From Eledone cirrhosa (Eukaryota): a DNA stretch of 64,000 bases. The stretch is from positions 21,204,001 through 21,268,000 of the forward strand of contig OZ024758.1 of assembly GCA_964016885.1 (NCBI GenBank), given 5' to 3'. A program made the translations under genes and the position numbers. Numbering within the stretch: position 1 is the first letter of the stretch; each line of letters starts with the position of its first letter. Positions 1 to 13,260 of this stretch are shown here, piece after piece. The notes beneath the pieces were generated by a model that did no database searches, was not told the DNA's origin, and saw only the letters and a list, made by a program, of their open reading frames with translations.

Positions 1-18
1 AAGTGTTACTGCTACAAA

Positions 19-59
19 CCTTACACACCGTCAGTGAACCCTTACACACCGTCAGTGAA
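19..59. repeat. 21-bp period tandem duplication
   Basis: ccttacacaccgtcagtgaa at 19-38 and 40-59. Confidence 0.9.
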
Positions 60-1814
60 TCATACCACACTGTCTTGGCACCATACGATAGTCTTAATAC
101 ATCTTAAACACAAATGCCTTGGGCGTCACATTTTCCAAAATGAATATTATTGGCAATGTTTTATTTTTGGATTATATGAATTCATATAGTGAGGCTCCAT
201 CTCTTAATTCCATGCATACATTTTCATAATGGCTATTTTGCAGTTAAGCGTATTACATATGTGTGTTCCTACTATTTAGTACGCAGAATGTTCCTCAGAG
301 TTATTTCCCATCAAACATGTTGAAATCGCTACTATTTATATTTGAAGTCTTCCTTGAGGCATCAGATGACGGTTTTCCTGGAGGAAAGGGACACGGCTAT
401 TAATAAGAACATTTGAATTTAATGCATGAACTATTTCACAGGTCTAGCATTCCTCGTTCATGGGAAGCTTGTGAGCTTTTAAGACCTTAAATAGGATTCA
501 AACCTGGCATAACATTCTGAGAGAGAAATATACAATGAACTGCTTGCTCTACAATTGCTAATAACTGAAATGTAAAACCTTGTATCCACATTTTCAATAA
601 CAAGTAGTGATTCGATCAGTGTATGAACTGCTTACCGATTTTAAGTTATATTAATGACATACACATTTATTATATTGCTAAATTTAATAAACAACTAGAA
701 AAGAATTAAATGTTTAAGTTATTTCTTTCATAAAATCTTTGACTTGCTCGAAAGTATTGACTAAATTCATATTTTTTGTGTTCTTTTTCTTTTGTATCTC
801 ATTTAAAATGTTGAACCCAATTGAATTTTAACCGGAAATGTTCCGACGTGCCAGAAAATATATTTAAAGCTGCTCTCTTCCAGTTTTCAATTTAAACAAA
901 AAATGTAAATACATTAAGAGTTTTCTTCTAATTTTCTGATCTAAAGAACCTCTTCGACAATGAAATTTGAAAGTTTCAGGAACTGAATTATTCAAATGTG
1001 AAATTTTATATAATTCCTTTTGTTTAAAAATTCAAGAGTTATTCCTCTCCGATATTCATCTTTGATTTTCAAATCTTTTATTGTTAAAGCGGTGAGTATG
1101 TATTTATTTTATGTATTAACTTCTTGTAATTTACATTTTATTTCTCATACATTTATTTATTGGTTCATGTATAATACTTTTGTTTCTTTTCTTTTAATTC
1201 TCTGAATGAATTGCAAAATACGACGAAGTGTAAATGCCACGCAATTCATCCAATCAGGACTCGTTAATACGAAACATAGTATTCTGTTTGTTTTCGTTTT
1301 TTTTTTTATTCAAACTTGTAACTTATTGTTTTCATTACCAGATTATTTCAAATACTCTAAACGAATTGGATCCCCTTTATAACGCGAATAGCGAGAATTA
1401 TAAACGAGAAGTCTCTGAACATTTGTAAAAATAAAGTATGGAGTGAATGTAGAAAATTTAAAAGAATAGTTTCCTATATATGTTGATTACACCCGTAATT
1501 GCATGTCGTTTACTATGTCCTGATTAAAGAAAGGAAGAAGGAATACATACCTGAAAAGTCACCTTAACTTTTGACATAGTCGTAGGTGCGTGACTTGGCT
1601 ATTTCAAATCTGAGGGACACCATCCATATCCAGGTAGGAACAAAACTGAATTAATACTCAGAAAGGGAAAGAGTCCATAGGATTAGATGCATTACATAGG
1701 GATACAGTCACAAAATACATATATATTCCCTCTTTGTCAGAATATAATAAGCTTCTTCTATAAATATTTAAATCGCAAATCCAAACTCCATGGTCTTCTT
1801 ACTACTGTTGGAAA

Positions 1815-2115
1815 AAATCTTCCATGGTTGACCACCACGGTCTCCTATATCCGGCCATGTGAGGAGGAAGTATCGGGTCAGATAATCACGCGCTCTGGAC
1901 TTTGTTCACCCTATGATTATTCCCCCTGCCTTGGTGTCCACTTTGTTATTCTTATAGTCTAACTGTTGTTTCCAAAACGAGAGACATGGCCATCCCATCT
2001 ATGTTTGCCCTTCTTGATGGTCTCGATAATATCCTTCAGATCAGTCTGCTCTCGAATTCAGGTGCTACTCCTCCTCTATTGTAAGATGCTGCGAGTATGA
2101 TTCGCTCCCTTTGTC
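1815..2115 (-). mobile_element. RTE-clade LINE ORF C-terminal fragment (decayed)
   Basis: Minus-strand translation ST*IREQTDLKDIIETIKKGKHRWDGHVSRFGNNS*TIRITKWTPRQG matches the RTE C-terminal pattern WIR..T...DII..IK..KWRWAGHV.R..DNRWT....W.PR; contains stops. Confidence 0.8.
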
Positions 2116-2260
2116 TACTAAACATTAGATTCTATGTATAGTAATATATAAAATCTTCTATTAACCTATGGTATTTTTATATGAAATATATTCTATAGAA
2201 GGTTTCTCGACGAATCAAATGACTTACTTCAAGCCACCTTATATTCATATGAAGATCAGC

Positions 2261-2436
2261 GCGGTGGATTGGCAGTATCGGTAGAGGATCGGACGCCATG
2301 CTTTGAGGCATAGAGTTACGGCCCTGCCATTCAGAGTTCAAATCCCGCCGAGATCAACTTTGCCTTTCATCCTTACGGGGTCGCTAAAATAAAGTACCAG
2401 TAAGTGCTGGCCTTGTGCCAAACGTACACACAATTA
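2261..2436 (+). mobile_element. tRNA-derived SINE family S1 (Meta-like core)
   Basis: A-box-like tggcagtatcggtag, B-box gagttcaaatccc, core gcctttcatccttacggggtcg.taaaataaagtaccag; about 12 similar copies in the window. Confidence 0.85.
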
Positions 2437-3316
2437 ATATGAAGACCAGCTATTAATTAAAATATATGATTAAATCCGTCTTGCCTATACATATAAAAGA
2501 GTGCAAGTGGGGTGTAAAATGTAAACGAGCAATGTTCCAAAGTACACGCACTATAACAGTGATTACCTTATCAATTCAGTGTCCTCGCACACACACAAAC
2601 ACCAATAATAACTCGGGTTTCTCCTCTCCCGAGCGGATAAATATTTCGCCCTTCACACACACCAACAACAACAATATCTACTCCATTTCTTGTATAGGGA
2701 AAATGTGTGAACGTCAGAGCTAAAGGTTTCCTACAAGTATTATAATAATGCAAAAAGATCTTTTGAGGAACAAGTCATTAACTTATGATCATGACCCCAA
2801 CACATTCTATCCTTGGAGACAATGCTATATTAGTTTCTTATTTACTTAGACATTTTTTTTTCTTAAATAATGCTATTATCATCTCTAATGTATACGCAGA
2901 GGGAGTACATTTAGGAAATCTGACATTTCCATTTATTTCAAAACATATATGTGTCACAACTATTAATATATTAATAACATTATGATAATGAGTGAAGGGG
3001 TGGTGTTCTTTATCATATATTTGTCCTTTCATTCTTCAAATTCTCCTATAAAATAATACAACACAATTAAATATCAGATGTTTGTTTTTTCTATAAACCA
3101 GAAACAAGACTATCGTAATGAAAGACAGTTTCTCTGTCTCGTTCAACTTTTTAATAAGGTATAGAACGTTTTAAATAAACTACGTTTTCTCTGTGATTTT
3201 GTGTCCACAGCGTATCTCTTCTAACCTTGCCACATTGATGTCTGCTAACCCAAATAGAATGAATCTTATCCCTCAATACACAGAATAATTCACGAATTTT
3301 GAAACTAAATTCGTTA

Positions 3317-3320
3317 CATA

Positions 3321-3360
<40 letters not shown>

Positions 3361-3894
3361 CAACCCTAAGTATTGAGTACTTTGGTGCGTTATGGTCCAC
3401 CTGGTTCCTTACCACATTTCCTTCGTTATATATATATATATATGTATATATGTGTATATATGTATGTATATATATATGTATGTATATATGTATGTATGTA
3501 TATATGTATGTATATATATATATGTATGTATATATATATATGTATGTATATATATATGTATGTATATATATATGTATATATGTATGTATAGATGTATGTA
3601 TAGATGTATGTATAGATGTATGTATATATGTATGTATATATGTATGTATATATGTATGTATATATGGTATGTATATATGGTATGTATATATGGTATGTAT
3701 ATATGGTATGTATATATGGTATGTATATATGGTATGTATATATGGTATGTATATACGGTATGTATGTATGTATGTATATGTATATATGTATGTATGTATA
3801 TGTATATATGTATGTATGTATATATGTATGTATGTATATGTATATATGTATGTATGTATATGTATATATGTATGTATGTATATGTATATATAAG

Positions 3895-3927
<33 letters not shown>

Positions 3928-3930
3928 TTG
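3317..3930. repeat. Compound (TA)n/(TATG)n/(TG)n microsatellite containing a family A tail fragment at 3362-3427 (+)
   Basis: Direct reading; insert ccctaagtattgagtactttggtgcgttatggtccacctggttccttaccacatttccttcgtt matches the tails at 31057 and 38172 in reverse orientation. Confidence 0.9.
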
Positions 3931-3979
3931 AAAGAGAGAAACAGGTGGAGAGACAGGGAGAGAGTGAAGTGTGTAAGTA

Positions 3980-4206
3980 TTACTTCGAACTTACATATTC
4001 AACACATCCTATCGTTCAACGATTCTGAAATTAAATGCCAAAAATAATGGCTGTATTTTAAAGGGTACGTCAAACCTATTTGTAAAACTGTTATATATTG
4101 TATTTTGTCTGATGAAGGCATACCAAAATTTAATGTGGTATCCCTGAAATATGTATAATGAAATAAATATGGTTTTATAAATATAGTTTCCATTTATTAA
4201 TATCGT
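3980..4206 (+). mobile_element. Penelope-like pLTR fragment, family C
   Basis: Homologous to 47480-47642 and 55836-55995; ends ttaatatcgt followed by (TA)n; carries an HHR. Confidence 0.7.
4101..4165 (+). ncRNA. Type I hammerhead ribozyme, intact core (family C)
   Basis: stem I tattttgt/atgaaata; CTGATGA 4109-4115; stem II aggCatacca/tggtatCcct (9/10 bp); GAAA 4146-4149; stem III ata-tg-tat; AUA cleavage triplet. Confidence 0.85.
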
Positions 4207-4276
4207 ATATATATATATATATATATATATCAAAATAAAGATCCGAAGGCATAGTATAAATTTCCAATCATTTTAA

Positions 4277-4354
4277 TCACGACACATGTTTCAATAAAAG
4301 ATAGATCGATCGTGTAGCCATGTTCGATTATTACTGTTCTCGTTCGTCATGTGA
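4277..4354 (-). ncRNA. Degenerate hammerhead ribozyme
   Basis: Minus strand tcac-ATGACGA-...-GAAA-catgtg-TC-gtga: stem I tcac/gtga and stem III aca/tgt are intact, C3 is mutated to A, stem II is poorly paired. Confidence 0.5.
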
Positions 4355-4414
4355 AAATAAATAGTCTTCAAATTATTGATATGAGGGAGAAAATTAACGG
4401 TGTTACCTCACAGA

Positions 4415-4457
<43 letters not shown>

Positions 4458-4460
<3 letters not shown>

Positions 4461-4573
4461 GGTGGCCCAAACGTCGAAATACATAAAAAAAAATTGTTTT
4501 ATAAGAAAAACTGTATTCTAAATAAATATGGAAACTTAAAATGTTCCTATATATTGCAACTTTTGAGCCATCC

Positions 4574-4575
<2 letters not shown>
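4458..4575. mobile_element. Tc1/mariner-type MITE
   Basis: Imperfect TIRs cagggtggccca / tgagccatccta, flanked by TA in a (TA)n tract. Confidence 0.6.
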
Positions 4576-4604
<29 letters not shown>

Positions 4605-4841
4605 ATTCGTGTGTATATATGTGGATATGCGTGTAATGATATTTATATACATACATACATCCAATGATGTTGACTTGTTCTTCTTTTTGGTAAATATCAT
4701 CTTGGTTAAGAGAGTGGGACTGGCTTTGTGCAGTGCCTTTGCTCACTATAAAAGCTTCACGGCACAGGCATTGCTTTATATCTGGAGATCTCTCTGCACT
4801 TGTCGTCACATGGTACCATGGGCCCAGCACTATGTGTCAGT

Positions 4842-5005
4842 AATTGTCACAAGTGTAGTGTTTGTACCAGAGTTTTCAAGTCGCTGGCTGGACTAAAAAG
4901 TCACACTCGTTCAGCGCATCGGTAGGGGTTCTCCTACATGGATATAAAGTAGTGGCCGTACTCGAAAACGAGTTGGCAGCCACCATACATACATACATAT
5001 ACATA
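4842..5005 (+). mobile_element. RTE-like LINE 3' end with C-terminal C2H2 finger and (ATAC)n tail
   Basis: NCHKCSVCTRVFKSLAGLKSHTRSAHR* (stop 4923-4925), short 3' UTR, then atac repeats; some RTE ORFs end in such a finger. Confidence 0.6.
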
Positions 5006-5481
5006 TGGATAGATAGATAGATAGATAAAAATACTTAGGTACATGTTCCTCTTGTTTTAATTGTTGTACACTGAAATATCGTTGTTTTAGTCACATACTT
5101 CGTCTAGAAGTTTCTTTATTTTATAGCCACCGGTTATCAATTATCTCACCGACGTCTATAGTATTGTTGTTTTATTGTTGTTGTCACGATAGCTTATCGC
5201 AAAAGGCTTTCATCGCTTATCGTTGTTGTTTGCCTTGTGATGATAGAGCCATTCATTTATCCGGAGTGTAGAGGACTGGCCAAAACGACGACAATTTCAA
5301 TCTTTAAAGAGCTGTCACATTGTTATTATTATTTTCTATAAAACATAGTTTTTATTCCTGTAATCAGCATGCCTCACTACACCTGTGGAGAAATTTACGA
5401 CGGGAAAATCAGACACTGTTCGTCAAACACAAAATACCAACATATCTCTCTCACTCTTTCCCACATCTCACTCCCTCTCTC

Positions 5482-5830
<349 letters not shown>

Positions 5831-6159
5831 GTGGGCGTATGTACACGATATTATATACACCTCTAAGATGTATATTTCTCTCTCTCTCTATGTATATATA
5901 TACAGAGAGAGGGAGAGAGATAGACATACAGATAGATATAGAAAGAAAGAGTGAGAGAGATGATACGAAAGGTAGAGATGACGACGTTTGTTCGTGAGTC
6001 AGTGAAAATAATAAACGAAAGACAATTTGAAACACGAAGGGTTTAGAACGAGGCTTGCAGCACAAGTAGAGACACTTAATTGAAATGAGTTTCATAAAAA
6101 AAGCATCATTTGACGAGTACTAAGCTAGTAGACATAGTGAAACAACTACAAAATATATG

Positions 6160-6210
<51 letters not shown>

Positions 6211-6923
6211 CTGTGTGTGTAGGTGGGTGAATGTATATATTTGTGCACGTGCACCTCTGAATCTGAAAAGCAAATATTGTATTTTAAACAAAAACAATTG
6301 ATATAAAATTTGGAAGACCAAGTACTGATATCACCCAAAAAATAAAAGGGGAAATTCAATAAATGAGATGTCGAAACGGAATTGAGATAGGTCGGAGCAT
6401 CACAATAGGGAAAAAGTAAAAAAAAAAATGGCGAAATAAGAAAATAAAATATTAGAACGAAGTCAAATTATTATAATACAACAGGAAAGATTTTCAATTG
6501 AACACGAGGAAATTAAAGAAATGATACAAAACGAACGAGAAAAAGTAGAAGATTGGAAAGAAATTTTATTGAAAATTAGGTTAGAGTGAAATATATTAAC
6601 ACGAACTGATGTTTTAACAGAAATGTTCAGTATGAACGGGAAATTAAAGACATGTGAATACATTTATATGAAACAAAATATTTATACAGAAATGTATTGG
6701 GAATATATATACACATGTACTGATATTTTAAAATATAGAAGGTTAGAGAGAGAGTGTAAAAGAGCGTGTGTTTCAATATAGGTTCCTGTGTCTCTGTGTA
6801 TTATTTCAAACTATCAATGCCTCTAAATATAAATTTGTGAGTATGTTGAATTGTTTATCTCTAAATATAGATAATGTAATAGGCACTAACTAATAAGCAT
6901 ATTATAATATGCTAAGTTTTGTA

Positions 6924-6961
<38 letters not shown>

Positions 6962-7880
6962 AATTTATGGGCGTATATATGCGCCCATAAATATATATGT
7001 TTGTGTGTGCTTGTGTCTCTGTAAGTCTGTGTGTGTCTGTGGACAGTTGAGTTTAAAGATATCCATATATGTATGTGTGGCTGTACGTGTATACGACTAC
7101 ACATTCTTATGCTCTATGGAACAGAAAGTCAGTAGGCTATAAATTTGGCAAAACGTGACCTTTTACTGAAAGTGAACTATATATAATAAGATTTAGAAAA
7201 CTGAAGGTTATGTCGTTGAATCTGCAATTGGATTCATATACCGATGAATACTACAGCTGAGGATAAAAAGGAATTCTGAATACTTCTAGAAATGTGTTTA
7301 ATAAGATTTCTACGAATTAACACATAGATATTGGTTTGTTGATGTACTTGCTGTTGTCTGCCAGATTTAACCTACCAAACTTACGTTCAAATAACACCTA
7401 TTTCTTTAGGTATATCTTCATCTATCTCCTTTAACTTGCTTTTACTGTTAATTGATGGTGATTTCGCTGCAATTTCTAGCAGAATAGTAGGAACATAAAT
7501 GTCCTAGAGGAGTTTTTATAGATTTAGTTCAACATGTTGCTTGTTTCCCCAGACAGAGGTGTTCAGAAATCGCTGGTAGTGGTATATATATATATATATT
7601 AACATATCAGATTATATAAATATTTGCTCTACGGTTCTTATATATTTGATATATATTCATCCTTATCGAGCCCTCTTTGGATTTTAGTCTTCAACTTTAT
7701 TCTTATTACTATACATATATTCGCAGACATGGCATCTTTAATATAATTGTATTAGTATATATATATATATATATATTAATATATAATTCAGAGAGGTTGG
7801 CATGTCTGTGCAATATATTAATTAACAGATATTTTAATGAGTCTTTATATATAATATATTTAGGTTATTCTAGTGTGTAG

Positions 7881-7921
<41 letters not shown>

Positions 7922-7962
7922 AACACACACACACGCACACGCACACGCACACGCACACATAT

Positions 7963-8078
7963 AACGAAGGAGTTATGGTAAGGAACCAGATGGAACAGAA
8001 CGGACCAGAGTACTCAATATTGAAGAGAAATAATAACACAATTGGTACAGTATATTGATGGAATATATTACGTTAAAT
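7963..8078 (-). mobile_element. Family B 3' body joined to an A-like tail
   Basis: Minus strand atatactgtaccaattgtgttattatttc (family B) runs into aatattgagtactctgg...ggttccttaccataactccttcgtt (A-like tail). Confidence 0.7.
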
Positions 8079-8098
8079 ATACGCACACACACAATGTG

Positions 8099-8134
<36 letters not shown>

Positions 8135-8603
8135 GATATATACATCTATATCGAAAAATATATATGTATGTGCCTGTTGTTGGCGTGTGTGTATGTGTGT
8201 GTAAACCTATAACGTACTGTAATACAGCTGTCTCAAAATGGTTACAGTACAGCTATATTAAGTAGACATATTATTTCGACATATTACATATACAGTTTCA
8301 TCTGTACTTAGTACATCTCATCATTGGTTTAAACTATACACGCCAAGTAAATTATGATGTAAATTAGGAAATAATGAAGTAAGAAATATAGAAATGAAAC
8401 AGACTATCAAACAATATGTGGAATATAAGTTTACGTAAAATATGTATTTTATTTTGAAGAATTGTGTCGCTTACGTTGCTTTAGTAATGATTTTTAAATA
8501 AATTCAATTTCTTGGTAATTAGTATTTCTGAGCATTAAAAACCACATATACTCAAGCACAAATACACGCACATATTTACTTAAATGCACAGCACAGACAG
8601 TCA

Positions 8604-8704
<101 letters not shown>

Positions 8705-8711
8705 CAAAATG

Positions 8712-8866
8712 TATGACCCCGACGGAAGAGCTCAAGCCGTTTAGACGGCTATTTCTGGACTAAATTAACTGTTATAAATGATATAGAAGCAAAAAGCAAC
8801 CAAACAGTGAGTGTGTTCTGTTATTAATTCTGACAATATTATTACAATATGACCTTCCCCAAGTAT
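8712..8866 (-). mobile_element. Family A HHR 3' half (8712-8765) adjoining a segment shared with the end of the Penelope RT-bearing element (8790-8866, matching 30695-30768)
   Basis: gaccccgacggaagagctcaagccgttt and caaacagtgagtgtgttctgttattaattctg...atatgacc.tccccaagtat. Confidence 0.7.
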
Positions 8867-8870
8867 AACA

Positions 8871-8901
<31 letters not shown>

Positions 8902-9605
8902 AAATAGAGAGAGAGAGAGAAGAGAGAGAGAAGAGAGACAGCGAGACAGAGACAGGGAGAAAGAAAGAGACAGTGAGAGATAGAGAGTGAGACAGACATA
9001 CAGAGAGAGAAACAGCGAGAGATAGGGAAAGAGAGAGAGAGAGAGCTACTTTAATCATAAATATATTTTCTATTCAATTCCACGCAGCTGATATAAAATA
9101 ACGAAAAGAAACGAATTCGAATTTTCAAAAAGCAAATATATATTAAAATAAAAAGTAATTAATTGAAACAATTTCTTCATTTGTATTTTGGGGGATATAA
9201 ATATGTTATTGCTAGATATGATACAATTAATTACTGTTGTAACACATTCGTTGTTTCCCGATAAGCCAAAGTGTTATTTTCAACATGACCAACAGTTAAC
9301 AATGAGTATCAATAGTAATGTTGTAATGAATTATGTATGGAGAAAGAAACTAGCTAATGCCGGTAAAATCTACAACTTTCAACCTGCATCCCCTGAGAAT
9401 TTTCTAAAGCTAAAGTAAATGCATATATATACATCTAAATAGCAACAAAAAAAAAAATATATATAAATGTATATATATATGTATAGATAATTTAGTATAT
9501 CTACTAACATATGCGTGCAGATGTACGCTAATGCCAGCAAATACACAGGTTATGTCATAGTACCTAGGTGGTTCAATGCAGGAGGATGCAGAACAATAAT
9601 ATAAA

Positions 9606-9850
9606 TGACGTAAAATAAGAAAATTTAAAAAAAAAAAAAAAAAAATTTTAATTAACTTACTTACTAAAATTTCACTCCAACTAATTAGTTTCTGCGGTGG
9701 GATAAAGACAGTTACGTAATAAACTGTTGAGAATTCATTGCGGTCATCAGGGAGGTCTATTTATCCCATTGCAGAAACTAATTAGTTGGAGTGAAATTTT
9801 AGTAAGTTAATTTTAAATTTCTTTTTTTTTTTTTTTTTTCTTATTTTACG

Positions 9851-9852
<2 letters not shown>
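9606..9852. mobile_element. Fold-back element (about 100-bp inverted arms), family E
   Basis: gacgtaaaataagaaa...aactaattagtttctgc mirrored by gcagaaactaattagtt...ttcttattttacgtc; followed by (TA)n. Confidence 0.85.
9675..9754 (-). ncRNA. Type I hammerhead ribozyme, intact core (family E)
   Basis: Minus strand ctcc-CTGATGA-ccgcaatg...caccgca-GAAA-ctaattag-TT-ggag; stem I ctcc/ggag; palindromic stem III ACTAATTAGT; the right arm keeps cattgc, complementary to gcaatg; internal hairpin acagtt/aactgt. Confidence 0.75.
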
Positions 9853-9894
<42 letters not shown>

Positions 9895-9899
<5 letters not shown>

Positions 9900-10056
9900 A
9901 AACCATATTTATGTTATTATATATATTTCAAGGGGAAGCAAGGCAATTTATGGTGCGCTTTCATCAGATAAAATACAGATTTGTTTATAAATAAATATTG
10001 ACATGAAAAAAATATTGACGGAAAAAAAGACAACCTTAACGGTTGGAGCATCCTGG
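9895..10056 (-). mobile_element. Family C pLTR fragment with decayed HHR (9910-9975)
   Basis: tcatcag 9961-9967 and tttc 9926-9929; flanks homologous to 46310-46462; stem II degraded. Confidence 0.7.
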
Positions 10057-10079
10057 ATATATATCTATATATATATATC

Positions 10080-10111
<32 letters not shown>

Positions 10112-10744
10112 TACATACATACATACATACATATATGTAAAGATATATGTATGTGAGTTTGTGACTATGTTTGTGTCTCTGTATGTGTGTATGTTTGTAT
10201 GAATCCATATATATATATACATATATACGCATTATTGATTATATTTGGATACTATTGTAAACATATTAATTATTGTAAACATGGATTTAAACAGTCTTCA
10301 GGTTTTGGGTATAACAATGCGATTGAAGCGGCACATTCATGGAAAACATTTGAAGTCTTTCCTCCATGCTGCGGCACCTGTTCGAATCATGTTCGTGCAA
10401 ATTTTAATTAATTTTCTAGTTTACGATTGTTTAATATCAATATTTTGTTATTTAATTAATTCTAAATTATTTTATTATATGTTGACTCTGCGTGAATGAA
10501 AGACATATGTAGATGAATATTCCTCAAGAATATTCATGTTGCAGCGTTTTATGATTCTGTTATGTCGTATTGTTTATTTAAAATCTGCTTTCATATTCAT
10601 AAAAATATTTATAAATAAATCTGGATTCAATGACTAAAACAAATATACATAAGCTAAGAAATATAAGAAATATCATAAACTAAAATGACGAGAAATATTA
10701 TTATTTTTGTCTTACAAAATACGATTATTTATATGATCCATTTA

Positions 10745-10842
10745 GGTTAACTTTGTCTTTCATCGTTACGGGGTCGATAAAATAAAGTACCAGTAATGCA
10801 CTTAGTATTTGCTGGCCTTGCGCCAAAAGTAGAAACTATTAT
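10745..10842 (+). mobile_element. SINE S1, 3' half
   Basis: aggttaactttgtctttcatcgttacggggtcgataaaataaagtaccag...gtagaaact. Confidence 0.85.
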
Positions 10843-10899
10843 TTAATTGATCCGTATATTCGAAGCGGAAGAAAAATACGGATTACTTCGAAGCTTATA

Positions 10900-10955
10900 T
10901 AGTTGTTTCTACTTTTGGCACAAGGCCAGCAAATACCCAGTACATTACTGGTACT
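10900..10955 (-). mobile_element. SINE S1 3' tail fragment
   Basis: tgtttctacttttggcacaaggccagcaa...ttactggtact. Confidence 0.8.
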
Positions 10956-11058
10956 AAATAATGAAAACAAATGCCGAACAGATACTGGATATAACACAAG
11001 ACTCTCCATGAGGAAAATAAATACAAAGCTTATTGTACAGCGATATTTCGATTATCAA

Positions 11059-11247
11059 TAATAATTGTTTCGATTTTTGGCACAAGGCCAGCAATTATTC
11101 CAGTACATCACTGGTACTTTATTTTATCGACCCCGTAGGGATGAAAGGCAAAGTTCACCTCCACGGGAATTGAACTCAGACCGTAAAGGGTCGTAACTAT
11201 ACTGGAAAGCATGGCGTCCGACCCTCTACCGATACTGCCAATTCACC
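11059..11247 (-). mobile_element. SINE S1, full length
   Basis: Reverse complement of the S1 consensus from head to aattatt tail. Confidence 0.9.
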
Positions 11248-11630
11248 TACTGCGAAGTGGACCGCAAGCAAGATGGTTAAATAACATCCATAAACTCGGT
11301 TGGTCTCACTTGAGAATCCAGCTGGATAAATTGGAGACAGTTGCTTACGTTAGGACTCTCTGGAACACATTTGAGAACTCTGTCCCAACGACCTTCACCG
11401 GAATAAGTGGGCAAAGAAGAAGCTGTTAATTTGATTCTCCCCAAGAAATGCTAGACTTCTGAAGATAAAGAAGCGGTAACCAGAAACTACACGTTTTAAC
11501 ATATTACATCAGCATTCTTTTTATGGACGACGTTGACTTAACAATGCAGAATGCACACAATACAATTTTTTAATGTGAGAAATCGAATATTCCTACAGGC
11601 GTCTGTAATTCTTTCTGCATGTTCGTGCTT

Positions 11631-11707
11631 TACATATCTATATACACTATGTGCACTACATATCTATATACACTATGTGCCCTACATAGCTATATACACT
11701 ATGTGCC
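11631..11707. repeat. 26-bp minisatellite, about 3 copies
   Basis: ctatatacactatgtgc(a/c)ctacata repeated. Confidence 0.85.
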
Positions 11708-12150
11708 ATACGAAGTATGTCCGCTTAAAAGTGAGGTACACAGTAATTTTAAGTCCAGTGTGTATAAGCACTTACACATAGAAATATATTTTAGTAGATA
11801 TGTAGTTGGTAAGATATCAACTTGCTATGCTCCTTGTATTTGCATTTACAGAACTTTTCTTTAGTAATAGACTTACGCTGTAATAGACTTAAATCTCGAT
11901 ACTTCTATGTAATACGGAACTTGTTTTAATATGAGAACAAGTGTGGGCTTATTAAAATAGTTCAAATGCCCTCTCCTTCTCAACGTAGGAATGTATCTAT
12001 ATAAGTATTTATGTATGTTGTATACATATATATATATATCGATATATGAATATAGAGAGATAGATATATTGATTGATAGATAAAGAAATCGCTAGGTAGA
12101 GATAGATATGTATATTCATATATGTATGTATCCACTCACACATTGATATA

Positions 12151-12193
<43 letters not shown>

Positions 12194-12283
12194 AATATAT
12201 ATATATATATATATATACATACATATCTTTACATCTCTCTCTCTCTATATATATATATATGTATATATATATGCATATATATC

Positions 12284-12342
<59 letters not shown>

Positions 12343-13074
12343 ACATAGATATATGCATATATCTATATCTATATATATATATATAAACGTATGTATATAA
12401 GTTTATATAGGTTTGCCAGTGTTTATAATTAACTGCAATACAATCACTAGTTCTCAATATTTCGGATAAATTGCTTTTTACAAATTCTTACTTTCTGGAA
12501 ATCGGTCAGTTTCTGATGTTTCATTTACAATTGTTGCATTGAAGCAAACACAAAAAATACAAAAATGAAACAAAATGTTTCTTTTACATATTATTCATTT
12601 TTTTTTGTTATTCTATCTTGGAAAACATGATTTTATTTCAAAACCACGCTCTAATTTACATAATTACTCTAAGTGAATTCACTTTTTTCTAATCAGTAAC
12701 TTTTTCCAATATATATTGTATTGTTTGGGTGTATACACTACTCAAATTAATTTCTGCCTTCCTTTCAAAAGAACGAATTTCAGATAAAAACACTTATTTT
12801 AAAATCATCATGTTGAAGCAGTAATGTAGCCACCTGTAAAATCTCAAATGCTTTGGGCGAAATCTGTGGCCATTAACGTGGTGTATATATAATTATAGTG
12901 TGTCTGTGTATTGCAATATATCTGACTGTATATACAAATATATTAAAGTAATACGGCCATTCGTAACATTTCAAATGCCTTGGTGCAAATCTGTGGCCAG
13001 TAATTTGGTGTGTATATATATATATATATATTGCGTGTTTCTTAATGTATCGTGTTTTTCAATGTCATGTTACT

Positions 13075-13260
13075 CTTGAGTGCTACTGGTAGCATGTAGC
13101 CCTGTACAACCTGTCGCATGGTCGGATCATCGGCGACTAAACCGGCAATACCACCAAATTTACTTGGTGAGGAGGGTGCTTTTCGACACCCTGCGCGAAA
13201 AGAAGCAAAAACTGATAAAGGGCGGAAGAACTCATAAGAGTCAACGGCCATCTGAAAAAA
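13075..13260 (-). mobile_element. Possible DIRS/Ngaro-like retroelement fragment
   Basis: GC-richer island; ORF segment ...ADDPTMRQVVQGYMLP resembles the DIRS pre-RT pattern D.W.L..V..GY.LPF; weak. Confidence 0.3.

Noticed and set aside
2261-2350. tRNA gene (A and B boxes)
   Set aside because: Continues into SINE core and tail with many copies; it is a tRNA-derived SINE head
4842-4925. Host C2H2 zinc-finger gene exon
   Set aside because: Single terminal finger with no linker, followed by a short UTR and (ATAC)n tail; better explained as an RTE 3' end
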